A stretch of DNA of 56,366 nt from Spirochaetales bacterium (GCA_016928955.1 JAFGJV010000059.1:1-56366); one strand, 5' to 3'; positions 1 through 11,264 are shown, counted from the stretch's first letter. The notes: generated from the sequence alone by a model not told the origin. Made by a program: numbers and translations.

Positions 1-87
1 GATTTGCGTAGCGGTTGCGGAATATGCAAACAACCGCGAGCAATCGCAGAGCCAATTTCAAAAGTAACAGACTTTTGAAATTGGCGC
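1..87 (+). repeat. 87-bp repeat, left copy (inverted relative to 56280..56366), with two internal hairpins
   Basis: Exact reverse complement of 56280..56366. Internal stems: GCGGTTG/CAACCGC (11-17/31-37) and a perfect 15-bp GCCAATTTCAAAAGT/ACTTTTGAAATTGGC (51-65/71-85). Confidence 0.97.
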
Positions 88-315
88 ATAATCCTTACCC
101 AGCCAAAACACCGGACATCAAAGCTTCGACACACTGGGGAAAACCCGCGCCATTCCGACATTCAACTTTTTTTATACCTCCCGGAACTGTACCGCCTGAG
201 CTCTCCGTCTGTTTATGTGCATGCGCGCGAATCGCCACAGCGGCGGGAAAGGAGGAAAAAACAACCCGCACCGCGTCGCGGGGCGGGGCAAGGGCTCTCA
301 AATGAATTTGCATTC

Positions 316-356
316 TTTACAAATCCCGAAAGATGCTTCACAATGCCAGCATCTTT
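316..356 (+). promoter_or_regulatory. Putative sigma70 promoter of the peptide ABC operon with an overlapping inverted repeat
   Basis: TTTACA-N17-CACAAT (316-344). AAAGATGCT-N10-AGCATCTTT (329-356). SD AAGGAGG lies before ATG 384. Confidence 0.5.
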
Positions 357-383
357 TAGTCCCCTCATGTAAGGAGGTTTTAC

Positions 384-2864
384 ATGAAGAAAGCGCTTAT
401 CGCGCTGGCCCTGATCCTGGTCGTAGCGGGTTCCGCGTTCGCCCAGGTCAAGAACGGGCCGATCGTGGACAAGGTGATCTACGAAGTCCGCATGGACCAG
501 ACCCTCGCCACCAAGGACATCATCGAAGGCAAGGCCGATGTATTCTTCCAGGCAGTGCCGGCTGGCGTGCTCCGCGGTTTGTCCGAGGCCGAGAAGGCCA
601 AATTGGACTTCTACGCGGTTCCGTCGGGATCGTGGTCCCTTATGGTCAACCCCATCCCCAACAAGGCCCCGTACACCTGGACCAAGAAGGATGGAACGAC
701 CGAGTTCAATCCCTTCGCCATCAAGGAAGTCCGCTATGCCATGAACTGGCTCATCGATCGCAAGAAGCTGATCGACGAAATCCTGTTCGGCCAGGGCGAC
801 CCGATGTTCGTCCCCATGACCCCCGGTCAGCCCGGTACCTACAAGTACAACCTGATCGCCGCCAAGCTTGGCATGTCAGACCGCGGTAACGAGAAGAAGG
901 CCCTCGCCGACATCGAAGCCGCCATGCAGGCCGCCGCCAACCTGCCCGAGAACAAGGGCAAGCTGGTCAAGTCCGGCAAGTTCTGGCAGTTCAACGGCAA
1001 GGACGTCGCGATCAAATTCCTGATCCGCGTTGACGATCCCCAGCGCCTGACCGCCGGCCGCTACATATCCGACCAGATCGAAAAGGCCGGCATCAAGGTC
1101 GAGCGCCTCGAGCGCGACCGCGCCGCCATCTCCATCGCCTACTACTCCAACCCCGCCGACATAGAGTTCCACCTCTACACCGAGGGCTGGGGCGCCGGCG
1201 CCACACGCGCCTGGTGGGACATCACCATCAGCCAGATGTACAGCCCGTACTACGGCTACATGGCCGGCGGCGCTGACCCCGCCAACTGGAACTATGAGAA
1301 CGCCGAGCTGGACCGCCTTGGCATGAAGGGCCTCAACGGCCAGTTCATGACCGAAGCCGAGTACTGGGCCGACAACCTCAAAGCCACCGAGCTTGGCGTC
1401 AGGGAAGCTGCCCGTATCTACGTGGCCAGCCAGCTTGACAGCTTTGTGGCCAACAAGGCCCGCTTCAACAGCCGCATGGCTTACGGCCTTGGCGACGGCC
1501 TCAACGGCTGGTCCGTCCGCACCGCGGACGTCAAGCCCGTCAACGGCGTCAAGACCCTGCGCATCCTCCAGTTCTCCGCTCGCGGCACCCTGTTCATGAG
1601 CGCCTGGGACCCCATCGGCGTGGACGGCTTCTCTGACGTCTACTCCAGGGCCATGCTCGAGCCCATCATGGACTTTGCCACGTTCGAAGCGCCCAACAGC
1701 GCCCAGGACACCCCGCTCCGCGCCGTCTACGACCCCAAGAAGATCGTCAACAAGACGGTCCTCCAGGGCGACGAGATTAAGGGCCAGATCGCCGTTCCGG
1801 CCACCGCCGTCAGGTATGACAGCGCCACCAAGACCTGGAAGCCCGTGGGCTCCGGCGTCATGGCCTGGACCTCCGGCGTGTACGGCTACAAGTACGGCAA
1901 GTGGCACCATGGCGTCATGCAGGACATGACCGACATCATCCACGGCATCGCCTTTGGCACCGAGTGGGTGACTGAGGACGGAGCCGGCGACAAGTACTAC
2001 GACGCCAGCTACTCCTCCCAGATCAAGCCCGGCCTGGACCTGATCAAGGGCACCATCATCAACAAGAACGGCACCTTTGGCCGCTACTTCGACTACCAGT
2101 GGCCCATGGACGTTAACCGCACCGCCGCCAACGGCGCCGTCAGCGCGACCATGCCGTGGGAAATCACCGAAGCCCTGGCCCTCCTTGTGGCCGAAGGCTC
2201 CAAGAGCAGCACCGTCTACAGCTTCACCAACACCGAGGGCATCACCGAGGTCGACGTGATCGCTGAGAAGTGCGTAGCCGACATCAAGGCCAAGCTGCAG
2301 GACATGGTCGCCAAAAAGCACGTGCCCGTGGCCCTCAAGGCCTACACCACCGCCGACAAGGCAGTGGCCCGCTACAACGCGGCCATCAAGTTCATCGACA
2401 CCTATGGCCACGCCATGATCTCCCAGGGTCCCTTCTACATCAGCAAGATCAGCACCCAGACCAACTCCGTCGAGCTGACCGCTTTCCGCGACTACGTGTA
2501 CAAGAGTGACTACTGGCCCAAGGCGTTCCGCACCACGATCACCAAGATCGAGAACGTGAACATCCCGGCCACCGCCACCCGCAAGGCCGACCTCAAGGTA
2601 GACGTCACCGCGTCCACCTACGTGTACCCGGACGTGGCCACCACGCCGGTTACCAACAAGGCCAAGGTTACCGTAGCCATCCAGATGCCCGACGGCACCG
2701 AGAAGGTCTACAACGCCAAGTACAGCAAGGCTGGTCTCTTTACCGCGACCATCCCCGCCAAGGACCTTGGCGCCATGAAGCCCGGTTCCTACACCGTGGT
2801 CATCATGTCGTCCCTGGCCGGCGAGGCTCCGTCGGTAGTACCGAAGACCCTCGTCCTGTTCTAA
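384..2864 (+). CDS. Peptide/nickel ABC transporter substrate-binding protein (family 5, OppA/DppA-like, long form)
   Basis: Signal peptide (…SAFA-Q), NPF..KEVRYAMNWLIDR motif, strong SD, first gene of the ABC operon. Confidence 0.9.
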   Translation: MKKALIALALILVVAGSAFAQVKNGPIVDKVIYEVRMDQTLATKDIIEGKADVFFQAVPAGVLRGLSEAEKAKLDFYAVPSGSWSLMVNPIPNKAPYTWTKKDGTTEFNPFAIKEVRYAMNWLIDRKKLIDEILFGQGDPMFVPMTPGQPGTYKYNLIAAKLGMSDRGNEKKALADIEAAMQAAANLPENKGKLVKSGKFWQFNGKDVAIKFLIRVDDPQRLTAGRYISDQIEKAGIKVERLERDRAAISIAYYSNPADIEFHLYTEGWGAGATRAWWDITISQMYSPYYGYMAGGADPANWNYENAELDRLGMKGLNGQFMTEAEYWADNLKATELGVREAARIYVASQLDSFVANKARFNSRMAYGLGDGLNGWSVRTADVKPVNGVKTLRILQFSARGTLFMSAWDPIGVDGFSDVYSRAMLEPIMDFATFEAPNSAQDTPLRAVYDPKKIVNKTVLQGDEIKGQIAVPATAVRYDSATKTWKPVGSGVMAWTSGVYGYKYGKWHHGVMQDMTDIIHGIAFGTEWVTEDGAGDKYYDASYSSQIKPGLDLIKGTIINKNGTFGRYFDYQWPMDVNRTAANGAVSATMPWEITEALALLVAEGSKSSTVYSFTNTEGITEVDVIAEKCVADIKAKLQDMVAKKHVPVALKAYTTADKAVARYNAAIKFIDTYGHAMISQGPFYISKISTQTNSVELTAFRDYVYKSDYWPKAFRTTITKIENVNIPATATRKADLKVDVTASTYVYPDVATTPVTNKAKVTVAIQMPDGTEKVYNAKYSKAGLFTATIPAKDLGAMKPGSYTVVIMSSLAGEAPSVVPKTLVLF

Positions 2865-2883
2865 GCCTACAAGTAGGTTTTCA

Positions 2884-2915
2884 GGCGGCGTCCCGCAAGG
2901 GGCGCCGCCCTTGTT
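2884..2915 (+). terminator. GC-rich hairpin after the SBP gene (weak terminator or mRNA stabiliser)
   Basis: GGCGGCGTCCC-GCAA-GGGGCGCCGCC followed by only CTTGTT. Confidence 0.6.
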
Positions 2916-3002
2916 CAAGGCAGCGCTTCCGAACGCCCGTCCGACAGACATCCCTTGACAATCGGAAAGCTCACGCCTATCCAACGTTTTTTAGGTGGCA
3001 GT

Positions 3003-4043
3003 ATGTACAAGTGGTTTGCGCTGAAGCGCATTCTCCGCGGCCTGTTCATGTTCGTCCTGCTGATGTTCATTTTCTCCTGGCTGTTCAACCAGGTTACGGA
3101 GAAGACCCAGCGGGACCAGATAGATGAACGGATCAAGCAAGAGTCCATGCGACTCAAAAACGTCAGACCCGAGCAAATGCTGGAATGGCGCCTCAACCGG
3201 GAGGACCAGCTCATAAAGCTGTACCGCCTGGACCGGCCCATGATGGAACGGGTCCTGTACCGCGCCCTCAGGGGCGTTACCTTTGACTTTGGCGACTCGA
3301 CCGTGATCAAATCAGGCAAGGGCGAGCGCGAGGTCAGGGCCATCATCTTCGAGGCTTTGCCGCGGACCATGGTCCTCTTTACCACCGCGGCGGTCATCCA
3401 GATGCTCATAGGCATCAGCCTGGGCCTCAAGAAGGCGCAAAAACCGGGCGGAAAGCTGGACAAAGCAACCAGCTTTACCACCATGCTCGTGTTCGGCATG
3501 CCATCCTGGTGGCTTGCCATGATGCTCATCCTGTTATTCGTCTACGTTCTCAAGCTGTTCCCATCCGGGGGACTCAACTCTGTGCCCACGCCTGAAGGCT
3601 TCATGTTCTTCCTTGACCGCCTCAAGCACATGGCACTACCGCTTTTGACCCTGGTCCTCCTCGGGTTCTGGGGCATGTCCTTCACGATCCGCAACATCGT
3701 GCTGACCATACTCCAGGAAGACTACATCATGAGCGCCCGCGCCCGCGGCATCCCCGAGCGCAAGGTCCTGTTCGGACACACCCTCCGGACCGCGGCCCCG
3801 CCCCTGGTGACCATGGTGCTCCTCGGGCTCCTCGGTTCCATAGGCGGCGCGATTATCTTCGAAGGTATTTTCTCCTGGCCTGGACTCGGCAACCTGTATT
3901 GGATAGCCGTCCAGCAAAACGATATACCGGTGCTCATGGGAGACCTGGCCATCACCACGGCCCTCTGGCAGGGAGGACTCATCGTGCTAGACCTCACCTA
4001 CGGCTTCCTCGATCCGCGTATTAAGGTAGGAGGCAAGGCATGA
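3003..4043 (+). CDS. Peptide ABC transporter permease (OppB/DppB-like)
   Basis: TM helices, EAA-like motif EDYIMSARARG, EGIFSWPGLG, DPRI C-terminus. Start placed at ATG 3003. Confidence 0.92.
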   Translation: MYKWFALKRILRGLFMFVLLMFIFSWLFNQVTEKTQRDQIDERIKQESMRLKNVRPEQMLEWRLNREDQLIKLYRLDRPMMERVLYRALRGVTFDFGDSTVIKSGKGEREVRAIIFEALPRTMVLFTTAAVIQMLIGISLGLKKAQKPGGKLDKATSFTTMLVFGMPSWWLAMMLILLFVYVLKLFPSGGLNSVPTPEGFMFFLDRLKHMALPLLTLVLLGFWGMSFTIRNIVLTILQEDYIMSARARGIPERKVLFGHTLRTAAPPLVTMVLLGLLGSIGGAIIFEGIFSWPGLGNLYWIAVQQNDIPVLMGDLAITTALWQGGLIVLDLTYGFLDPRIKVGGKA

Positions 4044-5458
4044 GCGCCAAAAAAAGCAACTCGCGCTTCCAGGAATTCTGGGACGACTTCAGGCGGGAAA
4101 AGTCCGGCCTCATAGGCTTGGGCATCCTGGCCGTCGCCATCCTGGTGGTCATCTTCGAGCCGTTGTTCCTGCCCTACAAGGACGTGAACGAAGGCAACTG
4201 GCGCAACATTTCATACTGGGAAGACAACTCGTCGGCCGCGCCTCCGGCGTGGACCAACATCTTCACCTCCAAAAAGTCCGCCGTGTCCACCACGTTCAAC
4301 TCTCCCGAGGTAAGCACCGAGGAAGACCCGAACTACGGGCTGGTGACCACCTACTCGTTCAAGTACAACTACAAGTACGACCTTCCGCCCCTGGACCTGA
4401 TCATAAGGGCCAAGGCGTCGGGCATGTCACTCTTCCTCATGGAGCTCGAGCGCCCGGACGGCAACATAGTGCCGGTCGGCGAGCAGTTCTTCGAGGGCCT
4501 GAACGAGGACCAGATACGCTTCTCCATGGACACGGACGCGGCGAGCAACGCGTACGAGTTCGCGCGCCAGTTCGCCAGCGAGGAAGCCCTGGCCAACAGC
4601 GACTCAACCACCATCCGGCCGACCTTTGTGGCCTTCTCGGAAACAGGGTCGGACATGCTGAGCGCGCGCGTCCCGCTCAAGGGCACCTACACCCTGCGCA
4701 TCAGGGTGCCGTCGTTCATCACCGACGACAGCAACAACGTCCTTGAGGACCTGCGCCTGATCGTGACCGGCCGCGTATCCGGCATTCTGGGCACGGACAC
4801 CTACAAGCGCGACATCTTCACGGGCATCGTGGCCGGTCTCAAATGGGCCCTGTTCATAGGCCTGGCCACCTCCGTGGTGTCGGTCCTGTTCGGCGTCATG
4901 TACGGCATCATAAGCGCGTATTTCGGGGGCTTTGTGGACACGAGCATGCAGTTCGTGTACCAGATATTCGCCGGCATACCGGTCATGCCCCTGCTCATCG
5001 TGCTCGCGGCCATCTTCAAGCCAAGCATATGGATCATCATGGGCGTGATGATCGTGTTCAGCTGGACCGGCTCGGTCATGACGGTTCGCTCCATGGCCTT
5101 CCAGATCAAGGAAGAGACCTTCGTGGAGGCGGCCAAGGCCCTGGGCTCCGGCAAGTGGCGCATCATCTTCAAGCACATAGCGCCCATCCTCCTGCCCTAC
5201 TCCTTCGCGAGCATGGCCCTGGCCGTGCCCGGCACCATCGTGTACGAGGCGTCCCTGTCCCTCCTGGGCCTGGGCGACCCCACCATCATCACCTGGGGGC
5301 AGATACTCCACGACGCGCAGAATTCTGGCGCCACGCTGAACGGCCTGTGGTGGTGGATCGTGCCGCCCGGCTTGTTCATCGCCCTCATGGGAGCCACCTT
5401 TGCCTTCCTGGGTTTTGCCATGGACAAGATCCTGAATCCCAAGCTGAGGACGAGGTAA
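4040..5458 (+). CDS. Peptide ABC transporter permease (OppC/DppC-like) with a large extracytoplasmic insertion
   Basis: LGTD..RD, FVEAAKALG and LSLLGLG motifs. ATGA overlap with the upstream gene. Confidence 0.92.
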   Translation: MSAKKSNSRFQEFWDDFRREKSGLIGLGILAVAILVVIFEPLFLPYKDVNEGNWRNISYWEDNSSAAPPAWTNIFTSKKSAVSTTFNSPEVSTEEDPNYGLVTTYSFKYNYKYDLPPLDLIIRAKASGMSLFLMELERPDGNIVPVGEQFFEGLNEDQIRFSMDTDAASNAYEFARQFASEEALANSDSTTIRPTFVAFSETGSDMLSARVPLKGTYTLRIRVPSFITDDSNNVLEDLRLIVTGRVSGILGTDTYKRDIFTGIVAGLKWALFIGLATSVVSVLFGVMYGIISAYFGGFVDTSMQFVYQIFAGIPVMPLLIVLAAIFKPSIWIIMGVMIVFSWTGSVMTVRSMAFQIKEETFVEAAKALGSGKWRIIFKHIAPILLPYSFASMALAVPGTIVYEASLSLLGLGDPTIITWGQILHDAQNSGATLNGLWWWIVPPGLFIALMGATFAFLGFAMDKILNPKLRTR

Positions 5459-5461
5459 ACC

Positions 5462-6429
5462 ATGGATAAGATCCTCGAAGTCAAGAACCTGAAACTGTAC
5501 TACCACACCAACAAGGGCGCGGTGAAAGCGCTGGACGACGTCACCTTTGACCTGTACAAGGGCGAGACGCTCGGCCTTGTGGGAGAGTCCGGCTGCGGCA
5601 AGACAACCACGGGCGTGGCCCTGTTGCGCATGCCCAGCCCCCCCGGCCGCATAGAGGAAGGGTCCCAGATCATCCTTGACGGCCGCGACATCATGCCCCT
5701 GACCGAGCGCCAGATCCGCAAGGACGTCCGCTGGGAAGAGGTGGCCATGGTGTTCCAGGGAGCCATGAACTGCCTAACGCCGGTGTACACCATCGGCAAG
5801 CAGATGATGGAAACCCTGCAGGAACACCGGGAGATGGAGAAGAAGCAGGCCGAGGAACTCATCAAGGAGTACCTGAGCCTGGTCGGCCTTCCGCCCGAAG
5901 TGATGGGCCGCTACCCGCACGAGCTGTCGGGCGGCATGAAGCAGCGCATCGTCATAGCCACCGCCCTGTTCCTCAAGCCCAAGGTGGTCATCCTGGACGA
6001 GCCCACCACGGCCCTTGACGTGATCGTGCAGGCCCAGATCATCAACCTGCTCAAGAAGCTGAAGAAGACCTTTGACCTGTCCTTCATCTTCATCACCCAC
6101 GACCTGTCGCTCGAGGCCGAGGTTTCCGACCGCATATGCGTCATGTACGCCGGCAAGATAGCCGAGCTGGGCACCAACCAGCAGATATACGGCAAACAGG
6201 GGCCCATGCATCCGTACACGGAGAAGCTCCTGCAGGCGACGCCCCTCCTCAGGAAAAAGGTCGAATCGCTTTCCTTCATACCGGGCGCCCCGCCGGATCT
6301 CATCGATCCCCCAACGGGCTGCCGCTTCCATCCCCGCTGCCACAAGGTCATGGACCGCTGCAAGGTGGAAGAGCCGCCGCTCATAGAGGTTGAACCCGGT
6401 CACATGGTGGCCTGCTGGAGGTGCGTAAA

Positions 6430-6433
<4 letters not shown>
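5462..6433 (+). CDS. Peptide ABC ATP-binding protein (OppD-like)
   Basis: Walker [22 protein letters not shown]-terminal HPY…GCRFHPRC. Confidence 0.95.
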
Positions 6434-7449
<1,016 letters not shown>

Positions 7450-7474
7450 CGAACGTCTGGTCTATTTGACGACG

Positions 7475-7504
7475 AAAAGGCCGCCCCCTACGGGCGGCCT
7501 TTTT
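7475..7504. terminator. Bidirectional intrinsic terminator
   Basis: AAAAGGCCGCCC-cctac-GGGCGGCCTTTT between convergent genes. Confidence 0.85.
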
Positions 7505-7551
7505 CTGTTCCCGGGCACGTTCGGCCGGCAACAAGCGTCGCTCAAGAAAAC

Positions 7552-8151
7552 CTAACGACCCTTTTTGCCCAGCATGCCCATGATGTCGTCCAGGGGGTTG
7601 CCGTCGCCGTCCGCGTCCAGCATGGACAAAAGTCCGCCTCCGGCCTGCGACGCGCCGCCCCGGGAGCCCGAGCCGCCGAGCACGCCGCCCAGGAGACCGC
7701 CAAGGCTACCGAGTATGCCGCCGGAGCTCTTCTTGGCCGTTGTGGCGCCAGATCCTGATTTCTTGGCCATGAAGCCGCCCACCAGCATGGCCAGCATGGG
7801 GAGCATTTTTTTGAGCGTGTCTGCGCTCAGGCCGGATTTTTTCGACGCGTCTGCCGCCACCGCCCTGCTCACGTCCTTGGTGCCGAATATGGCGCCGAGC
7901 ACGTTGTTGCCCATATCTACGTGCGTAGGCTGGTTGGACAGCACGTCGTCGGCCAGGCCCGCGCCGCCGAGCTTGCCAAGAAGTGACCCCAGGCCCGATT
8001 CACCGTCTGAGCCCGCACGCTTTTTGAAACCGCCCATCACCGCCGGAAGGAGGGCCTCAGCTCCCGACGCGGCGTCTTTCTGGCTCAGGCCAAGTTCTTT
8101 GGCTATGGTCCCCAGGCCTCCGGCCTGCTTGATTAATTCCTGCACATTCAT
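7552..8151 (-). CDS. DUF937-family Gly-rich protein
   Basis: GNNVLGAIFG, LPMLA and C-terminal LDADGDGNPLDD motifs. Start placed at MNVQEL. Confidence 0.75.
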   Translation of the reverse strand: MNVQELIKQAGGLGTIAKELGLSQKDAASGAEALLPAVMGGFKKRAGSDGESGLGSLLGKLGGAGLADDVLSNQPTHVDMGNNVLGAIFGTKDVSRAVAADASKKSGLSADTLKKMLPMLAMLVGGFMAKKSGSGATTAKKSSGGILGSLGGLLGGVLGGSGSRGGASQAGGGLLSMLDADGDGNPLDDIMGMLGKKGR

Positions 8152-8289
8152 GGTTCTGTCCTTCCCGCTTTGGTGATTGCGCCAGATGGGCACACACGTA
8201 AGCATCGACCCGAAACGGCGAAGGGTCAAGGCAAAACGGGAATCAGCTCCTGAGTGACAGACCGTATACGTGATGTCGCCGCGCTCGGT

Positions 8290-9003
8290 TCAGGCCAGGC
8301 CTCGCGTCTCCGGCTCGCCGCGCTTGACCAGGTAGAAAATCAGGTAGGTAAGCGCTATGAAGAACGAGAAGGCCAGGGAGAACAGGAGGGCGGCCGGGTC
8401 GGACAAGGTGCCAAAGGCTGCGGCCATGGCCTGGAAGGGATGGAAGATCAGGTCCCAGGAATTGAAACGCGAGAAGCGGCCAAGGTGTATGCCAAAACCG
8501 GACAGCAGGATGGCCGGCGCCAGCAGGGCCCAGCCGGCCACGCGGCCGAACTGCCTGCGCAGGAGGCCGTGCATGGAATACATGGAAACCAGCCCCAGAA
8601 AGTGCCCTACAAAGGCAAACGCGGCGTTCATGATCACGTCAAACCACAGGAGGTCCAGTTCGGACAGCCAGCTTGCCGCCGGCTCTCCAAGATTGGACTT
8701 GCGTATCACGTGGATGAAGTCGGTGAAAATATACGGGGCGTTCGGGTAGAAGGCCAGCCAGGCCACAAAGGCGCCCACCGTCCACAGGGCGGCCGCGCGG
8801 GTTCCCTCATGCCGCTGCGCCATGACCCTGCCCGCCTGGGCGCAGCCCACGGGCACGGCCGCCAGGATCAGGTTCCACACCAGAAAGCCCTGGGAAAAGC
8901 GACCGGCCACCAGAAAGCGGAGCAACACCAGCAATATGAGCGACGCGAAGGACAGCACGATGACGAGGCTCAGATTTGACGGTAGCCGGTTTCTGTCGGG
9001 CAT
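8290..9003 (-). CDS. DUF1361-family membrane protein
   Basis: FLVWNL, PNAPYIFTDFIH and GIHLGRFSRFNSWD motifs. Confidence 0.85.
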   Translation of the reverse strand: MPDRNRLPSNLSLVIVLSFASLILLVLLRFLVAGRFSQGFLVWNLILAAVPVGCAQAGRVMAQRHEGTRAAALWTVGAFVAWLAFYPNAPYIFTDFIHVIRKSNLGEPAASWLSELDLLWFDVIMNAAFAFVGHFLGLVSMYSMHGLLRRQFGRVAGWALLAPAILLSGFGIHLGRFSRFNSWDLIFHPFQAMAAAFGTLSDPAALLFSLAFSFFIALTYLIFYLVKRGEPETRGLA

Positions 9004-9057
9004 CGCTCTCCGGCGGCCGCCGCAACGCGGCGGCCGCCTTCCTCCTTCAGGAATGGT

Positions 9058-10791
9058 TCAGATATCCAAGGCCTTCTGGTCGACCTTGTCCTTGAGATAG
9101 GCCACAAAGGCCTCGGGCTTCATGGGCTCCATCTGGCGCCCGTCGCGCATGCGCACCGACGCTGTGCCCTCGTCGCGCTCCTTGGCGCCCACCACCAGCA
9201 TGTAGGGAACCTTCTGGCCCTGCGCCAGGCGGATCTTGGCGTTCATGCGCTCGTCGGACAGCATGGCATCCACGCGGACGCCTTCCCGCCTCAGGATGTC
9301 TGCCACCGATTTGGCGTAGTCGGCAAAGTCCGGACCCACAGGTATGACGGCTGCCTGCACGGGAGCCAGCCACACCGGGAAGGCGCCGGCGGTGTGCTCA
9401 AGGTACACGCCGAAGAAACGCTCGATCGAACCCAGGAGGGCGCGGTGCACCATGTACGGCCGCTTTTTCTGCCCGTCCGAGTCCACGTAGGTCATGTCAA
9501 AGCGCTCGGGCTCGTTGAAGTCGAACTGTATAGTGGTCAGCTGCCATTCGCGGCCTATGGCGTCCTTTACCTTGAGGTCTATCTTGGGCCCGTAGAAAGC
9601 GCCGCCGCCCTCGTCCAGCTCGTAGGCAAGGCCTTCCTTGTCTATGGCCTTCTTAAGCGACGCCATGGCCTCGGCCCACTTGGCAGGCTCGCCCACGGCT
9701 CCGTCGCCCGCCGGCCTGGTTGCCAGGTACGCCTTGATGTCCTTGAAGCCCAGGGTCTTGTGCATGTGCAGGCTGAAGCGCAGGACCTCCAGGATCTCGT
9801 CTTCGATCTGCTCGGGGGTGCATATGATATGTGCGTCGTCCTGGGTAAAGCCGCGCACGCGCATCAGGCCGTGCAGGGACCCGGCCCGTTCGTAGCGGTA
9901 CACGGTACCGAGCTCGGCCCAGCGCAGGGGCAGGTCGCGGTACGAGTGCACGCCGCTGTTGTATATCATGATGTGGAACGGGCAGTTCATGGGCTTAACG
10001 TAGTAGTCGTCCTCGTCCACCTTCATGGGCGAGTACATGCCTTCCTTGTAGAAGCCCAGGTGCCCGGAGGTTTCCCACAGCCAGCTTTTCCCGATGTGCG
10101 GGGTGAAGAGTATCTCGTAGCCGTTCTTGTAGTGCTCGTCGCGCCACCAGTTCTCAAGCGACACCCGGAAACGGCCGCCCTTGGGGTGCCAGTAGATCAG
10201 GCCCGGGCCTGCTTCCTCGTGGGTGCTGAAGAGGTCCAGCTCCTTGCCCAGCCGACGGTTGTCGCGCTTTTCCGCCTCCTCAAGCATTTTGAGGTGGGCT
10301 TCCAGCTCGGCCTTGGTGGCAAAGGCGTACGCGTATATGCGGGTCAGCATGGGGCGCTTCTCGTCGCCGCGCCAATAGGCGCCGGCCACCGCGCGCAGCT
10401 TGAAGGAGTCCGGCCTGAGCTCTCGGGTAGACGCCACGTGGGGACCGCGACAGAGGTCGCGGAATTCGCCCTGCTCGTACACGCTGATGGTGCCGTCTTC
10501 AAGGCCGTCGATCAGCTCCAGCTTGAAGGGTTCGGCCGCGAACATGGCCTTGGCCTCTGACTTGCCCACTTCCAGGCGCTTGAACTCTGCCCCGGACGCT
10601 ATGATCCTGAGCATCTCTTTCTCGATGGCGGGGAAATCATCTTCCCGTATGGGAGAGGGCAGCTGGAAGTCGTAGTAGAAGCCGTCGTCTATGGCGGGCC
10701 CAATGGCTACCTTGGTGCCCGGATAGAGTTTGACCACGGCTTCGGCCATGACATGGGACAGTGAGTGACGGATGGTCTCGATGGGTTGCAT
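9058..10791 (-). CDS. thrS: Threonine--tRNA ligase (lacks the N-terminal TGS domain)
   Basis: RHSLSH, DLCRGPH, KPMNCP, RVRGFTQDDAH, GAFYGPKID, HRALLGSIERF. Confidence 0.99.
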   Translation of the reverse strand: MQPIETIRHSLSHVMAEAVVKLYPGTKVAIGPAIDDGFYYDFQLPSPIREDDFPAIEKEMLRIIASGAEFKRLEVGKSEAKAMFAAEPFKLELIDGLEDGTISVYEQGEFRDLCRGPHVASTRELRPDSFKLRAVAGAYWRGDEKRPMLTRIYAYAFATKAELEAHLKMLEEAEKRDNRRLGKELDLFSTHEEAGPGLIYWHPKGGRFRVSLENWWRDEHYKNGYEILFTPHIGKSWLWETSGHLGFYKEGMYSPMKVDEDDYYVKPMNCPFHIMIYNSGVHSYRDLPLRWAELGTVYRYERAGSLHGLMRVRGFTQDDAHIICTPEQIEDEILEVLRFSLHMHKTLGFKDIKAYLATRPAGDGAVGEPAKWAEAMASLKKAIDKEGLAYELDEGGGAFYGPKIDLKVKDAIGREWQLTTIQFDFNEPERFDMTYVDSDGQKKRPYMVHRALLGSIERFFGVYLEHTAGAFPVWLAPVQAAVIPVGPDFADYAKSVADILRREGVRVDAMLSDERMNAKIRLAQGQKVPYMLVVGAKERDEGTASVRMRDGRQMEPMKPEAFVAYLKDKVDQKALDI

Positions 10792-10809
10792 AGGTACGCT
10801 CCCGACACG

Positions 10810-11155
10810 GAAAAGGCCCCCGCGGGGCGCGTCCTTCCGCCCCGCCGGACCGTTCCCGGCGTTTTAGCGTAAGGACGAACTCCGTAGGGGCCTGTCATGG
10901 GCCTACCGCCGCCGGACAACGTCCGGTAGCGGTGCGGAATCCGCGGTACCACCTTACTTCGGGCCGGTGCCTTGGCCGCCGGTCCGCGCTCTCGTTCCCT
11001 GTAACGGGAGAACCCGGCATCCATTAATCGCGCGGGGCGCTTTCACGGGTGCGGCTCCGGAGTGGTTTTCCGTGGGTCCCGACGGCGCCCTTCCAGCCTG
11101 GGGGCGTCCTCTCTCTGGACGGGATGATCCTTGTACTCGTCTCCATCAAAGCCTG
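10810..11155 (-). ncRNA. T-box riboswitch, Thr (ACC specifier), transcription-attenuation type
   Basis: Minus strand: stem I AGAGAG…GCTGGAA, specifier GAAA-ACC-A (11064-11066), CCGTTA, T-box AAGGTGGTACCGCG (10942-10955), antiterminator partner CGTCCTT (10871-10877), long terminator AGGCCCC…GGGGCCT-TTT. Lies directly upstream of thrS. Confidence 0.92.
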
Positions 11156-11264
11156 TGGGAAGAATATGCCGCAGCTTTTGTCCCGCGTCAAGCCTGGCCA
11201 GCGGGGTCGGGCGCCTCCCCGCGCCACGGCCCACAGTCGTCATCATTCGAGAGAAAAATAATCA

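Noticed and set aside
15..313. ORFs 15..305 and 95..313
   Set aside because: They overlap the repeat and promoter region, lack an SD, and do not look protein-like.
876..2984. 702-aa minus-strand ORF, and similar long ORFs at 9394..10560, 25167..26819, 32628..33953, 42094..43641 and 46083..47687
   Set aside because: These are antisense shadows of well-supported genes. They are expected at high GC3 and carry no recognisable motifs.
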